Part shown: piece by piece, positions 1-13,202 of the stretch
Layout: the number at the start of each line of letters is the position of its first letter
Position numbering within the stretch: position 1 is the stretch's first letter
Assembly (NCBI RefSeq): GCF_032444005.1
Contig: NC_091285.1
Span: 632,276,001-632,340,000, forward strand
Direction: 5' to 3'
Length of the DNA: 64,000 nucleotides
DNA from: Ranitomeya imitator
Taxonomy: Eukaryota
The notes under the pieces: generated by a model
Seen by the model: the letters and a program-made list of their open reading frames with translations, nothing else
Told to the model about the DNA's origin: nothing
Databases searched by the model: none
Translations under genes and position numbers: made by a program

Positions 1-589
1 AATAAGCCTACCTTGCCTCAGAGAAATTCCCCAAAGGAAAAGGCAGCCCCCCACATATAATGACTGTGAGTAAGATGAAAACACAAACATAGAGATGAAA
101 CAGATTTAGCAAAGTGAGGCCCGACTAGCTGAACAGAATGAGGATAGGGAAGATAACTTTGCGGTCAGCACAAAAACCTATAAATAACCACGCAGAGGGG
201 ACAAAAAGACCCTCCGTACCGACTAACGGTACGGAGGTGGTCCCTCTGCGTCTCAGAGCTTCCAGCAGGCAAGAAAAACCAATAAAGCAAGCTGGACTGA
301 AAAATAGCAACAAAATAACATTAGCAAAACTTAGCTTTGCAGAGCAGCAGGCCACAGGAACGATCCAGGGAAAAAACAAATCCTACACTGGAACATTGAC
401 AGGAAGCATGGATCAAAGCATCAGGTGGAGTTAAGTAGAGAAGAAGCTAACGAGCTCACCAGATCACCTGAGGGAGGAAACTCAGAAGCTACAGTACCAC
501 TTTCCTCCACAAACGGAAGATCCCAGAGAGAATCAGCCGAAGTACCACTTGTGACCACAGGAGTGAACTCTGCCACAGAATTCACAACA
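1..589. mobile_element. Partial LTR (same family as 26779-27541)
   Basis: Shares ...cttgcctcagagaaa.tccccaaagg... and ends AATTCACAACA. Confidence 0.75.
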
Positions 590-959
590 CTTTCCTCTGA
601 TGCTCACTACAATTCAACCCTTCAGGTTCTCTTCCTTTCCTGGAGCTACAGCACAGTCCTGGCTGCACGGCTCCACTCTCTCTGCTCTCCTTCCTCTCTC
701 CTCACTGTCTGCTCCAGACTGTACTCTCTGGTCTCCCTGGACCAACCGGCCAACTCCTCCTCCAGACCAGAATACTTAAAGCTGGGGAAGCTCCCCTGAA
801 TGCAGGTTAAGAGCTCCCCCTTCTGGCCTGGATTCTGAATGTGTTGCATGTAGGTGCTTTACCTGATAAATGGAATCCTCCTTGCCTCTAAGCATGATAT
901 CACCCTCCCAGAAAGGAAGGCAACATCACTGTAACAACCGGTTACCTGGGGTGTTGTGC

Positions 960-2956
960 TTCAACCGAACTCTGTTACAAATTTTGCAGACTCTGGAGGA
1001 GGACAAGAAGATGAGGTGGCCTGAATTTGTGTCCAATTTGGTGTAGGTCTACAATAACAGAGTCCATGCGAATACCAGCTACAGTATATTCTTTACATGC
1101 CACTATTTGAGTGAAGCAGATGATAAATCACTGAACTGGAACTAGATTCAGAGGACCCTTGTCTGGACACTAGTCCAAATGCCTCGGTCCGAGAGCACCG
1201 GCAGAGACTTCGGATGGTAAGGAAGTTGGTTGTAAAGCAGTTTCGGGAAGTGGAACATTCAAGTTGATCCACTCTGTTAGGTGGACAACTTCAGCCAGGA
1301 GACCATGTGTTAGTGCAGGCCAACTGACCCGGGAATAAGCAGCATTACGATTGGGAGGTGGTGCCTTTTCGAGTAGTGAAGAATCTCCACCCAAATAACT
1401 CCGTCTATGAGGTCAAGCCTGAGGGAGATGATGCCGTGGTACCTTGGGTATTACATTGGAATATGTTGTGACCCTGCTCTTTCGAAGCAGAAGACCGTGC
1501 CGAAGTCGAGCCCTCAACCAAAGTGGCCGAGGTCCCACAAAAGGGAATCTTAGAGGGAGAGGAATAATTGCTTGCAGGGCCCATGAGTTCACCAGAGATG
1601 CCAATGTCGCCCTCAAATGGGACAAAAAACGAACCAGGAATCGACTTCTGGTGGCTGAGTCTCCAAGTACCCCAGAAGCACCTCTACAGGAAGAGTTCCA
1701 GAGGACTGAGCGGGCCAATGCCGGAATTCCCCCTAACTGGTATGCACAAAATGAATTTGCCTAGTCCCCGATACAACAGAAAACAAAGGAATGCGCTCAA
1801 CTCTTTGCTGAACTCAGGCTACCTTTGAACTCGAAAGGATTCTAAATAACAAGCCAAAAGGGGGGAGGAATGTAATAAGATGCAGTAAAATCCCTGAAGA
1901 GCCCTTGCAGGATGTGCCATTTATGAAGAGAGACTGCCATCTTCTGGTCAGGCGAAATAAAGTGGAACTACATTGTGCTGGAAGATTTGCAAGGGGAGCG
2001 ACTTCGTCTGCTGGATCTGATCAGGAAGGACTTCCTTGTTTTAAAAGCTCTGCACGCCAAACCACAGGCAGATTTGGCACCAGAGAAGAGAGTGGAGCAG
2101 ACATGCTCTAGTAATGTCGCTGAGGCCAGCGTAACAGGCCTCAGAGGAAAGTCTACACCAGCAAGGTGTTGGCCATCGCCTGACAAGGCCCAGATTCTGC
2201 ACAGGAGGACTCCGAGTTCCGCATGCATGGGTGGGGACCATGATTCGTGCTCCACACCAATAAAGCTCAAGAGGCCATATGTTGCCTATCAAGAGCCGAG
2301 GCCTAGCCCAATCCATTCCAATCCTAAGAAACTTCTGTCGGCGGTCAAGCTGAGAAGATCCTTGAGGGGACTGCAACAGGCGGGACGTGACTGAGACTGT
2401 TGGAGGACAGTGCGTGTGAGCAGGGCCGTCACTTCCAGCTATCTTTCATGGTACCATGGTCGGCTGGGCTTAGGGTCTGAGGTCGGGAGGGTGCAAGTTG
2501 GTGGGTTGGAGACTCAGCTGGCTTAATGAGTATGTTAGAGAGAAAACCCTTGGCACCCAGATTTACAGAAAGAGAACTTACGTGGTGGCTCCCACGGCTG
2601 GGTACCCTTTGGGAACCAAACATTAACGTTAGATAAAGACTTCCTTTGCCTTTTCAAGTTTATTGTTACCTTTGTTTGTTAATATGCCTAGTACTTACAC
2701 TAATTGTTTAGAGTTACTTCAATTCACTATATATACAATAAATAGAATTATGATCATCCCTGACTGCCTTCGCATTGTGCCTCTTTGACAGGATGACAGT
2801 ATAGGATCCTCGGGGGCGCTCCTGTAGAGGCAATGTCTGGGTGCAGGTGTTGGTGCACCCCTGATGTTAGTGCAGTCAGAAAAAACAGACACACGTGTGA
2901 ACTTGTAAACATAACGCTTCTTTGCTGAAGGAAATAACAGGTTACTATAGTTTACA
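960..2956 (+). mobile_element. 3' remnant of a Gypsy LTR retrotransposon (integrase fragment, PPT, 3' LTR)
   Basis: FNRTLLQILQTLEEDKKMRWPEFVSNLV*VYNNRVH (integrase core, with a stop); PPT AAAAGGGGGGAGGAA at 1856-1870 followed by TGTAA at 1871. The right end (TTACA at 2956) is tentative. Confidence 0.75.
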
Positions 2957-5178
2957 GCATAGGATACATTTACTGTTTTGTGCATGAAAGGTGGTTTCAT
3001 TTCCTTGTGAAGCTGCAGGATTGGGGCTTCTCAGGCCGGCTAATCTGCAGTTCACTTCACTTGCTAGTGGAGGAATTGTTACAGGAAAGCACAGCCCAGG
3101 TAATGCTTCACTGAAAAAGCAACCTTCATGGGCTGGCTCCACGTGGTGACACACTAGTAGTACAATTTTAGGTTCTACGTTTCTCTATTGCAGCGGGAAA
3201 AGTAGACAAAGTTTGTGGCATGACAGACATGTTGCACTGATTCCGGCTGGAGGCGCATAAAGAAACTAGTGTGCAGAAAAGCACTTGTTCAGCCTTATCT
3301 CCCCTGACTTCATCAGGCTTCACTACTTTGTGAAGGGGACTATGTGAAGAAAGATGTCCCTTCAGCGTGGACTGGAATTAGATTCGGGTAGTAGTAGTTC
3401 TTCCTTTCCTTGAACTAGATGGGACTGAACTGGTTTGTACAGGAAATATGTACTGGGAGACTCCTCCTAGCCATTTCTTTGGTAGTTCGTGGTGAGGAGA
3501 CTGGATACCTAACTTTCAAACTCATTAGTTATGACCGAACGTGCTCGGAAAAGGTTTTATCCGAACATCCTCTGGTGCTAACCGAGTGTCTTTGGCGTGC
3601 TCGAAAAATATGGCCTAACAAACAGACAATCAATGCATGTCTTGCAGCTAACAGCCATGTGCGGGGACTCGAATATATTTTTCGATCACACCAAAGACAC
3701 TCGGTTGAGCATGGTCGCTTATCACTAATACACGAACATCAGCAAGTAGATGGCAGCAAAGTACAAAGCACCTTGCACAATAATCAGTCCTCAGTGTACG
3801 CACATACAGTGCATTAAGTCACAGAGCCCACAGGGCACACTGGCACAAATCTACTGCCACACCACAACTGTTTCATTCAGCAGCAGTAGAACATGTACTG
3901 GGATACCACAATATTACTTTGCATTGCATCTAGGAGAGTAGAATTACCGTATATAATATACAGTTGCTCTGTACTAAGAGATTTATAATAGTTAGCAATC
4001 TATATCTCTGGAATTTGTCAGAGCTATTATAAAAGCGTCTGTCGCAATGCAATCATGAAGTGATATTTGTTGCACAAGAGCTGACACTTCACATGACTCC
4101 TGCATGTTGAGCCAGCACCTGTGTCACTTCTCATTATATGAATAATCCTCTCGTCTGGGTAAGTTTACCTTGGACTCTTTCCGACACTACTGTGAAGAAG
4201 CCACATAAGTCATTCCCATGATACACTTCTAATCTCTGTGCTTGATGAAAGCATCAAATGACTGCGTTTTGTAAGACTAAATGTTATTTTATTACCGGCA
4301 ATAAGGAACATAACATTGCACAAAAGTAATTTGTTGGCAGTATGTAGCAACCCTCATGAGATTCAATGGAGAAAAAAAACGTTTTTATGTTGTGTTCACA
4401 CGGTGAGTTATTTTTTTTAAATTTGTCTGTTCCATTTAGAACATATAAATGGAAATAGCATCCTGTGCTTTCCTGTTTTAAATGGAGGTAGAGGATCCTT
4501 TTACTTTATTTAGGGTCTGCCTGGTTTCCGTCTATTGTTTATTATTAGAATGTCATGCAAACACTTATAAACTATTATAAATAATTTCATTTAAAAGGGG
4601 CTTACTACTTTGGGGGCATAACAGAGGCAGGAACAAAATTGTCTAGTGATTTGGGATAGAAAATGTAAATTGATGCATGTAAATATGTAATCAGTGCTCT
4701 TGTAAGGGTGGTTGACAATGACTGTCGTGTTCCTACCCCTGAAAACACCAATCGCGTTGTATATGTTGAGCCATGTGAATTGTGTTGTAATGCATTGTGA
4801 TATGGTTATGCATAGTGATATCAGTAATATAGGGATGTATAGTTTATGGCTTAGCTCATAAGGTAGGTAGTAAAAGATAGCTGACTGTAGTTTAGGTAGT
4901 TACATTAGGGTAAGTTAGGAATTAATTTTGGGACTAGCCCGTAGTGGGAGGGGCTTAATGTTAGGGTAAGTGACTGTTTTCTATTGCTAGTTCTAGTTCA
5001 AGTGCAAGTGGAAAGAGTAATATGAGCAGTGCTGTTGTTGGGGTGATCTACAAGAAAAGGAGACTAAAGGACAGGGGAATAGTGAGATCCTAAAGTCACC
5101 GACTAGACAGAGGGGCCTTCCGAAAAATGGTTCTTGGAATCTTGGATAGTACGACGAGTTGTGAGAAGCACAAGCTTG

Positions 5179-6347
5179 TGGATCTCCCCGTCAGGGCGGT
5201 GGGGTACTCGGTACCGGGTCCTGCGGTTCACAAGGGGATGTCACGGTGGCTGACCCGGTCTGTGGCCCTGGGACGTCCGTGTAAAAGGGAAAGGTCTTTA
5301 AAGGGTATAAAGTTTGTGTTTGTGATGCCACCTGTGGTATTCGGTCAGGGTGACCGACGCTGCTTTAAGGGGTCCGCTGGGGTGATGTTATGGCAGCTAG
5401 ATGGTATACCTTACCACAGGTGAAGTATGTCCCCAGGGCTTCCCAGTGTGTAGATGGTGAATGATGAATGGCGCAGTGAAGAACGAGGACACAAGGTTGC
5501 AGTCTCTTTATCTTTACTGAAGGCTTCAGCGTCCACAGTCTAGGGCACCAGACTACAGGGTAGGCAGAGTCCGGCCGGTTTGGAGGCAAGCCCAGAGTTC
5601 CCTTTGTCCAGGTGGAAATCAGTAGCCTTCCTTTGCGCTGCAGTGTTGTAGTCCCTTACTGCTAAGCTTCTCATAAGGTCCTCACAACTGTTGTAGATGT
5701 TATGTCTCTCTCTGTCCCCCGGATAGGAAAAACCCATATGACTGGTGGCTTGAGGCGGTTTATAGTGACTCTATCATGCCCCAGCCTCTAAGGGGTGCCA
5801 CCGTGCCTCCTGGGTGTAGGGCGGACAGGTAACGTGAAATTAGCTGTCCTGCCAGTCTCTGGAGCAAGGCATAATGGTTGTTACTCCCCTGGTTTTCCGG
5901 CTACTATGCTTCTGCGCTTCAGAAGGAGGCAGCCTGTATAGGGTTGGTCCCCTTCTGATATCCACTCCTTTGCTACGACTTCCTTGCACGCTCGCTGCAA
6001 TACAGTTCAGCCTTCGTTGTCTATTTCTAGGAGCTGCAGCTCTGAGGGCATGCATAGCTCCGTGTCCTTCTCCTTTGCTCTCTGACAGGATCCTACCTCT
6101 GCCAGGGACCAAATAACTGAGCGGAGCACAGCCAGCAACAACTGACTAACTTTCCCTACAGGCGACCAGTTTTACCAGTGTGGGGAGTGACCTAATAAAT
6201 AGGAGCTAGAGCTCCCCCTGGTGGCCAGGAGTGTGAAATGTTTGTAATACCTGGATGCAGTTATCCTTCTTTGCCTCCAAACATAACACCACTCTCCCCT
6301 AGAGGAGAATGACATTACTGCAACGACCAGGACCCTGGGGCGCTGCA
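5179..6347 (-). mobile_element. Solo LTR (Gypsy-type, 4-bp TSD CTTG)
   Basis: TG...CA ends, CTTG on both sides; reverse-complement homology to 13655-14933. Confidence 0.8.
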
Positions 6348-8626
6348 CTTGCAAAACGCCAAAACTAACAGGCAAAAATAGGACTGAATTTGTGTGATTA
6401 GTGTGGGTCCTGATTGGTAGATACAGGGCTTCAGTATTGGAAAAAATAGGACGCGGAACCGCTGCGTGAGTAGAGAGACTTGCTGATCAGGACTGTGGTG
6501 ACAAGCTTGGTTGTAACGAAGTAGGGCGAAACAGTGTGTTTCACTGGCCCTGGTGTAAACTACTGAAGACGGATACTGTGGGAATGAAAATACTGTAAGA
6601 GAAGACTTTGTACCCACTATCCCTTATACATAACCTTTACCAAGTTACAGTTCAGCAAAGATTTTATTTTTTAATGGAAATCTAATTTATTGAACTGCGG
6701 AAAGGAAGGTCCTGGCCAGCCAACACCATCGGCTACTACTGGCAGCATGCGCGGGTATACAGCCCTCACAGCATTAGCAGCAACACCCAGCCAGGACCCA
6801 CACTTTCATGTAGCATACCAAGGTGTAAAAAGAGGAGACAAGAGCCTCGCCCACGGCTATCGTCCTACGCCATGCTACACTTGGTGTAATTGGCAGGATC
6901 AAGTTTTGCATCTGCGAGGACTGTGCAGTGCAAAGAAGACTGACAAGGAAGATGGCAACCATTAAATGGTCTAAGATGGCACCGAACAAGGACAGCAAGA
7001 TGGAGGTGAGTGGCACCAAATGCGACACGGGCTCTCCCATCGTGGGTGTGACAGAGGCGAAAAGGTACAAAGTGCAGCCAAACCATTCAGCATGTATGCC
7101 TTCCCAGGGGAATACCACAACCAAAAGCACCAGCTGGGAGTGTCCGTAGTCGCAGAGTGAGGTGGAAGGAGAAGATCTTCCCAGGAAGGTGTGGCTTGAG
7201 GAAATGGGGAGGGACATTCGGAAAATGGTGAGTCAGGGTGGACTCCACCCTCTGAAAGGCGGGGCCATGACGGGCCTCAAGAAGTGGAAGAGACACCGCT
7301 ATTTGTGGATTGCGTCTGCGAACCCTGCCAAAAGCAGAAATAGTGGATCCAAATCCAAAAACGTTGATAGACCGCATCGGGGCCTGTAGTGGCTCACCTA
7401 ATTGAGAAGGGCGGGAATGCAGTGAGTGGTGGAGGCTTATGGCCTTGATGCAGTCAGAGGTGAAGCCAAGCTTCTTAACGGAACAGGTCACTCAATCTTT
7501 AGACTCTGAAATATGGACTGGCTGAATGCCTCAAAGCCTTGTTGGCCCAGTGTCCTGTTAGTCCCACACACTGAAGATTCCTCCTCCAACCCTGACGGTC
7601 TTTCCTCCAATCGTGGAGGCGCCTTCCCCAGACTTGGAGGTAGTGCTCAGCCCTGGGGATATACTTCTCATTACATAAAAGGAATGAAATGTGGGGGTCA
7701 TCCAGGTTATGAAGAAGAAAGAGCAATGGGTCTGAGCCCAGCTGGAAAGTCCTGACTGAGAGGAGTTTGTCCGACAGATGACCCAGGGGGTCATGAGGTA
7801 CTGTGACCACAGACAAGTCTTCGGTTTCATCATGGAGGAAGTGACCGGGTACAAGGTCTATATGAACGCCAGTTTTCTCCAAAAGGGGCCAAGCCTACAA
7901 GAAGAGTTCAGTTCCTCAAATAAGATGGACCAAGGTGCTGGTTCGCTACTGCAGTCTCCAGAATCAGGTCGCAGACAGGAGAGGTACCTGAAGATGTTCC
8001 TCCTCGACAGGGGGGGCCCTTCAGCACCTGGTGTTGCTACGTCCTTGGGAGCGAGACCACGGAACGACAGTGGGCAAATTGTCTTGAGTTCAGTCTTCTG
8101 AATCTCTGCAGTGCTCAGCAGGGGGCATGCTGTAGTGATGTCATTGTGCCATCTGCCCTGAGACATCACAGAGTCAGAGAACGCTGAAGACACTGGAGTT
8201 GCATGGAACAAGGAGAATATTTAAGGGGGGGCACCCGGTGTCAGCGCAGGCACTGGGTTCCCCCAACTCACAGATCCCATAGTGTGATGATGTCCCCAGA
8301 GGGCGAGTGGGCCCCCACTGTTCATCCAGGGCCCCGGCAGTTGCCTGGGTGTGGTGGGTTCTGACACCGACCCAAGCCGGTCGACCTCCTCCTCCTCTTC
8401 CTCCTCTTCCTCTTCTTCCACTTCCTCTTCCTCTTCTTCCTCTTCAAAATTTCTAATTTTTGGGGATTCAATTGACTTAAATTCAAACATATCCATAAAA
8501 ATTAGTACCTCCTCCACACATGACTGCAGACTCGTATAGTCACATAAACCTCAGCATCGGAAGAACCAAAGAACGAAGACCAGTGCGGTGGACTAAGAAG
8601 CTGCAGTAGCGGGAGAGGCGGCTTAA

Positions 8627-10634
8627 CCCCTTCCCCCTCAGCCAATTTTTCATTTTTTGTACTTTTTTTCCCTCCTCTTCTGCTAAAAACCGTAACTTTT
8701 TATTTTTCCTGACACATAGCTGTATGACTAGTTATAGTTTTATCTTTAATGTACTGGAAAGCATGCTAAAAATCACAAGTGTGGTGAAATTGGGGAAAAA
8801 ATGCAATTATTTTTTAGTTTCCTACATTCTGTGGTGAAAGTTACTCTGGTTCATGATTCTCCAGGTCATTACAATTACAGCAATACCAATTATTTGTTAT
8901 TTAAAAGGACAAAAAAAACCCCAGAAATTTGTATTAACAAATGTTGAGATTTGTGTTGCCATTTTCTGAGACCCACAATATTTTTTTTTTTCACTGATTG
9001 AGCTTAGTGAGGGCTTGTTTTTGGCCTGATGAGCTGATAGATTTTACTGGTCCCATTTTTGGCAATATACAGAGATTTTATCTGTTTTTATTGCATTTTT
9101 AGGGAGGAATAGTGAACCCAAAATACATTTTTGGCATTTATGAGGTTTTTTTTTCTTGTAACGTTGTTTACCAGCTAATTAATCTTCTATTTTGACCAGA
9201 CTTTTATGAACGCAGATATACCAAATGTGTATTTTTTTAAGTTACTTTGAGAAACTATTTTAATAGATTAGATAAGTGATTAGCGATTTTTATAGTGGAA
9301 AAAAAAAGCAAAATACCTTTATCCTCCCAAAATGCTTTCAGCAAACTTGAAATTTACAAAAATTCCATTTGAAAATGGGCATTTCTGGCTTAGATCACGG
9401 TGGAGCTAAAGCGACCAAAACTAATGTTGGCCACTGCAGTTGGTGTTACCTTAATTACTAAATGGCGGCAATGAAAATTGTAGAGATCCACCATAACGTT
9501 ATCTTATTGGTGACCGTACTAGTAAAGCGCATGTCGTGTCTCCCCCTTTGATGTGGGCTCCGGCGGTGAGCCCACATCAAAGTCGCGACATGTCGGCTGT
9601 TTTGTAAATCGCTATTCACCCACCGCTATTAACCTGTTAAATGCCACTGTCAAACGCTGACAGCGGCATTTAACTACCGCTTCCGGCCGCGCGGCTGGAA
9701 ATGAGCGCATTGCCGACCCCCGTCACATGAGCGGGGTCGGCGATGCGTCATGATGGTAACCATAGAGGTCCTTGAGACCTCTATGGTTACTGATGCCGGC
9801 CTGCCGTGAGCGCCACCCTGTGGTCGGCGCTCATAGCACGCCTGCAATTCAGATACATACCAGCGATCTGATGAGCCATGGAGGCTATTGAAGCATGGCA
9901 AAAGTAAAAAAAAATGTTTTTAAAAATATGAAAAAAAAAATAAAAAAAATATAAAAGTTTAAATCACCCCCCTTTCGCGTGAAACCTACACATATTTCGT
10001 ATGGCCGCATTCAGAATCGCCCGATCTATCAATAAAAAAAAGCATTAACCTGATCGCTAAACAGCGTAGCGAGAGAAAAAATTGAAACACCAGAATTACT
10101 TTTTTTGGTTGCAGCGACATTGCATTAAAATGCAATAACGGGCGATCAAAACAACGTATCTGCACAAAAGTGGTATCAATAAAAACGTCAGCTTGGAACG
10201 CAAAAAATAAGCCCTCACCCGACCCCAGATCACGAAAAATGGCACATTTTTTTAGCAAAGTTTTGAATTTTTTTTCACCACTTAGATAAAAAATAACCTA
10301 GACATGTTTGGTGTCTATGAACTCGTAATGACCTGGAGAATCATAATGTCAGGTCAGTTTTAGCATTTGGTGAACCTAGCAAAAAAGCCAAACAAAAAGC
10401 AAGTGTGGGATTGCAATTTTTTTTGCAATTTCACCACACTTGGAATTTTTTTTCCCGTTTTCTAGTACAAGACATGGTAAACACCAATGGTGTTGTTCAA
10501 AAGTACAACTCGTCCCGCAAAAAATAAGCCCTCACATGATCATATTGACAGAAAAATAAAAAAGTTATGGCTCTGGGAAGGAGGGGAGCGAAAAACGAAA
10601 AGGCAAAACTAAAAAGGGCCGCGACGGGAAGGGG
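8627..10634. mobile_element. piggyBac-like non-autonomous element (TTAA-flanked)
   Basis: TTAA|CCCCTTCCC ... GGGAAGGGG|TTTAA; palindromic core at about 9560-9900. A related right-end fragment lies at about 56470-57045. Confidence 0.55.
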
Positions 10635-10643
10635 TTTAATGTA

Positions 10644-12295
10644 CAGTTAGGGCCAGAAATATTTGGACAGTGACACAATTTTCGCGAGTTGGGCTCTGCA
10701 TGCCACCACATTGGATTTGAAATGAAACCTCTACAACAGAATTCAAGTGCAGATTGTAACGTTTAATTTGAAGGGTTGAACAAAAATATCTGATAGAAAA
10801 TGTAGGAATTGTACACATTTCTTTACAAACACTCCACATTTTAGGAGGTCAAAAGTAATTGGACAAATAAACATAACCCAAACAAAATATTTTTATTTTC
10901 AATATTTTGTTGCAAATCCTTTGGAGGCAATCACTGCCTTATGTCTGGAACCCATGGACATCACCAAACGCTGGGTTTCCTCCTTCTTAATGCTTTGCCA
11001 GGCCTTTACAGCCGCAGCCTTCAGGTCTTGCTTGTTTGTGGGTCTTTCCGTCTTAAGTCTGGATTTGAGCAAGTGAAATGCATGCTCAATTGGGTTTAGA
11101 TCTGGAGATTGACTTGGCCATTGCAGAATGTTCCACTTTTTGGCACTCATGAACTCCTGGGTAGCTTTGGCTGTATGCTTGGGGTCATTGTCCATCTGTA
11201 CTATGAAGCGCCGTCCAATCAACTTTGCAGCATTTGGCTGAATCTGGGCTGAAAGTATATCCCGGTACACTCCAGAATTCATCCGGCTACTCTTGTCTGC
11301 TCTTATGTCATCAATAAACACAAGTGACCCAGTGCCATTGAAAGCCATGCATGCCCATGCCATCACGTTGCCTCCACCATGTTTTACAGAGGATGTGGTG
11401 TGCCTTGGATCATGTGCCGTTCCCTTTCTTCTCCAAACTTTTTTCTTCCCATCATTCTGGTACAGGTTGATCTTTGTCTCATCTGTCCATAGAATACTTT
11501 TCCAGAACTGAGCTGGCTTCTTGAGGTGTTTTTCTGCAAATTTAACTCTGGCCTGTCTATTTTTGGTATTGATGAATGGTTTGCATCTAGATGTGAACCC
11601 TTTGTATTTACTGTCATGGAGTCTTCTCTTTACTGTTGACTTAGAGACAGATACACCTACTTCACTGAGAGTGTTCTGGACTTCAGTTGATGTTGTGAAC
11701 GGGTTCTTCTTCACCAAATTAAGTATGCGGCGATCATCCACCACTGTTGTCATCCGTGGACGCCCAGGCCTTTTTGAGTTCCCAAGCTCACCAGTCAATT
11801 CCTTTTTTCTCAGAATGTACCCAACTGTTGATTTTGCTACTCCAAGCATGTCTGCTATCTCTCTGATGGATTTTTTCTTTTTTTTCAGCCTCAGGATGTT
11901 CTGCTTCACCTCAATTGAGAGTTCCTTTGACCGCATGTTGTCTGCTCACAGCAACAGCTTCCAAATGCAAAACCACACACCTGGAATCCACCCCTGACCT
12001 TTTAACTACTTCATTGATTACAGGTTAACGAGGGAGACGCCTTCAGAGTTAATTGCAGCCCTTAGAGTCCATTGTCCAATTACTTTTGGTCCCTTGAAAA
12101 AGAGGACGCTATGCATTACAGAGCTATGATTCCTAAACCCTTTCTCCGATTTGGATGTGGAAACTATCATATTGCAGCTGGGAGTGTGCACTTTCAGCCC
12201 ATATTATATATATAATTGTATTTCTGAACATGTTTTTGTAAACAGCTAAAATAACAAAACTTGTGTCACTGTCCAAATATTTCTGGCCCTAACTG
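10644..12295 (-). mobile_element. Full-length Tc1 (DD34E) DNA transposon
   Basis: 35-bp perfect TIRs (CAGTTAGGGCCAGAAATATTTGGACAGTGACACAA), TA on both sides, 1652 bp long. Confidence 0.96.
10899..11936 (-). CDS. Tc1 transposase, 345 aa, uninterrupted
   Basis: Paired-like HTH N-terminus, GRPR linker, WTDETK / QMDNDPKH / SPDLNPIE catalytic triad with 34-aa D-E spacing. Confidence 0.95.
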   Translation of the reverse strand: MRSKELSIEVKQNILRLKKKKKSIREIADMLGVAKSTVGYILRKKELTGELGNSKRPGRPRMTTVVDDRRILNLVKKNPFTTSTEVQNTLSEVGVSVSKSTVKRRLHDSKYKGFTSRCKPFINTKNRQARVKFAEKHLKKPAQFWKSILWTDETKINLYQNDGKKKVWRRKGTAHDPRHTTSSVKHGGGNVMAWACMAFNGTGSLVFIDDIRADKSSRMNSGVYRDILSAQIQPNAAKLIGRRFIVQMDNDPKHTAKATQEFMSAKKWNILQWPSQSPDLNPIEHAFHLLKSRLKTERPTNKQDLKAAAVKAWQSIKKEETQRLVMSMGSRHKAVIASKGFATKY

Positions 12296-13202
12296 TATGT
12301 AATGTATGCCAGACCTTGCAAGGCATTAAGGGTTAACTCTTCTGTAATGCGGGAAGGTTTGCCGTGAGGTGTTTGCCGGCCACTTCATTAGAGGACTCTT
12401 ATTTCTAAATCTGAGAGTGCTTGAGGTAATGGCGGAGGACGTCACATAGTGTTGTGCTGATGACAGAGGTATATGTCACTGTGTGAAATGCCAAAGTGGA
12501 CACAGCAGAGAGGTGCTAGAGGATGTGAAATGCGTCAGGTGGCGGCTAGCTAGAATTCGGTTTTGCCAGATTTTACTGCTCCTCCTCTCTATAACCCCCC
12601 AAGTCTTAAGGTGCCCATGTTTTCCATGAGGGAGTGAAGTAAGCTTCTGCTGGACACTTTTGGTGACGGCAACGTATATTCTATGAGATCTAAAGGATTG
12701 GGAGAGTTGAGAAATCCTCATACTCTTAAAATAGTCCATCATTCCTGCTGACATCGGTGGGTTCTGCCAACTTTGCATTACTACGTATTTGGGCCTTTAC
12801 TTTCCTCACCCACCTTACTGTGGACATGCCACTCCCTGCAGGGATCACAGTAAAATGCCCAGAATATGTGCCACTGGCAGCATAAATGGCTTTTTATGAA
12901 ATTTGCTCTAGTGTGTCTGACATAGGGAGAATTGTGAGACTGTTGACAGAATCTGTACAGCGCTGCAGAATATGTTGGTGCTATATTAGCAATAGAAAAT
13001 AAATGATTTATAATTCTTTCTCTAAAACTATGTTCACCCAAATTAACAATAGTGCTCACTGCCCTCAGTTGTCTACACCCCATCATTTATTTATTAAAGG
13101 AAGCCTGATGCTTAATATGAATAGTCCTCAAATAAAAATAAAGAAATAATGTCCAATTTGATAGATAAATATGAGATAGATAATAGATAGATTATAGATA
13201 AA

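Noticed and set aside
7162-7389. Possible additional CSD-like repeat upstream of the 7778 module
   Set aside because: No clear RNP1 motif; too weak to call by eye.
8221-8539. Poly-Glu / poly-Ser ORFs
   Set aside because: A (CCT/CTT)n low-complexity run read on two strands; no further support.
12476-12778. Possible LINE (L2) ORF2 fragment
   Set aside because: Resemblance limited to a few residues; cannot be supported without a search.
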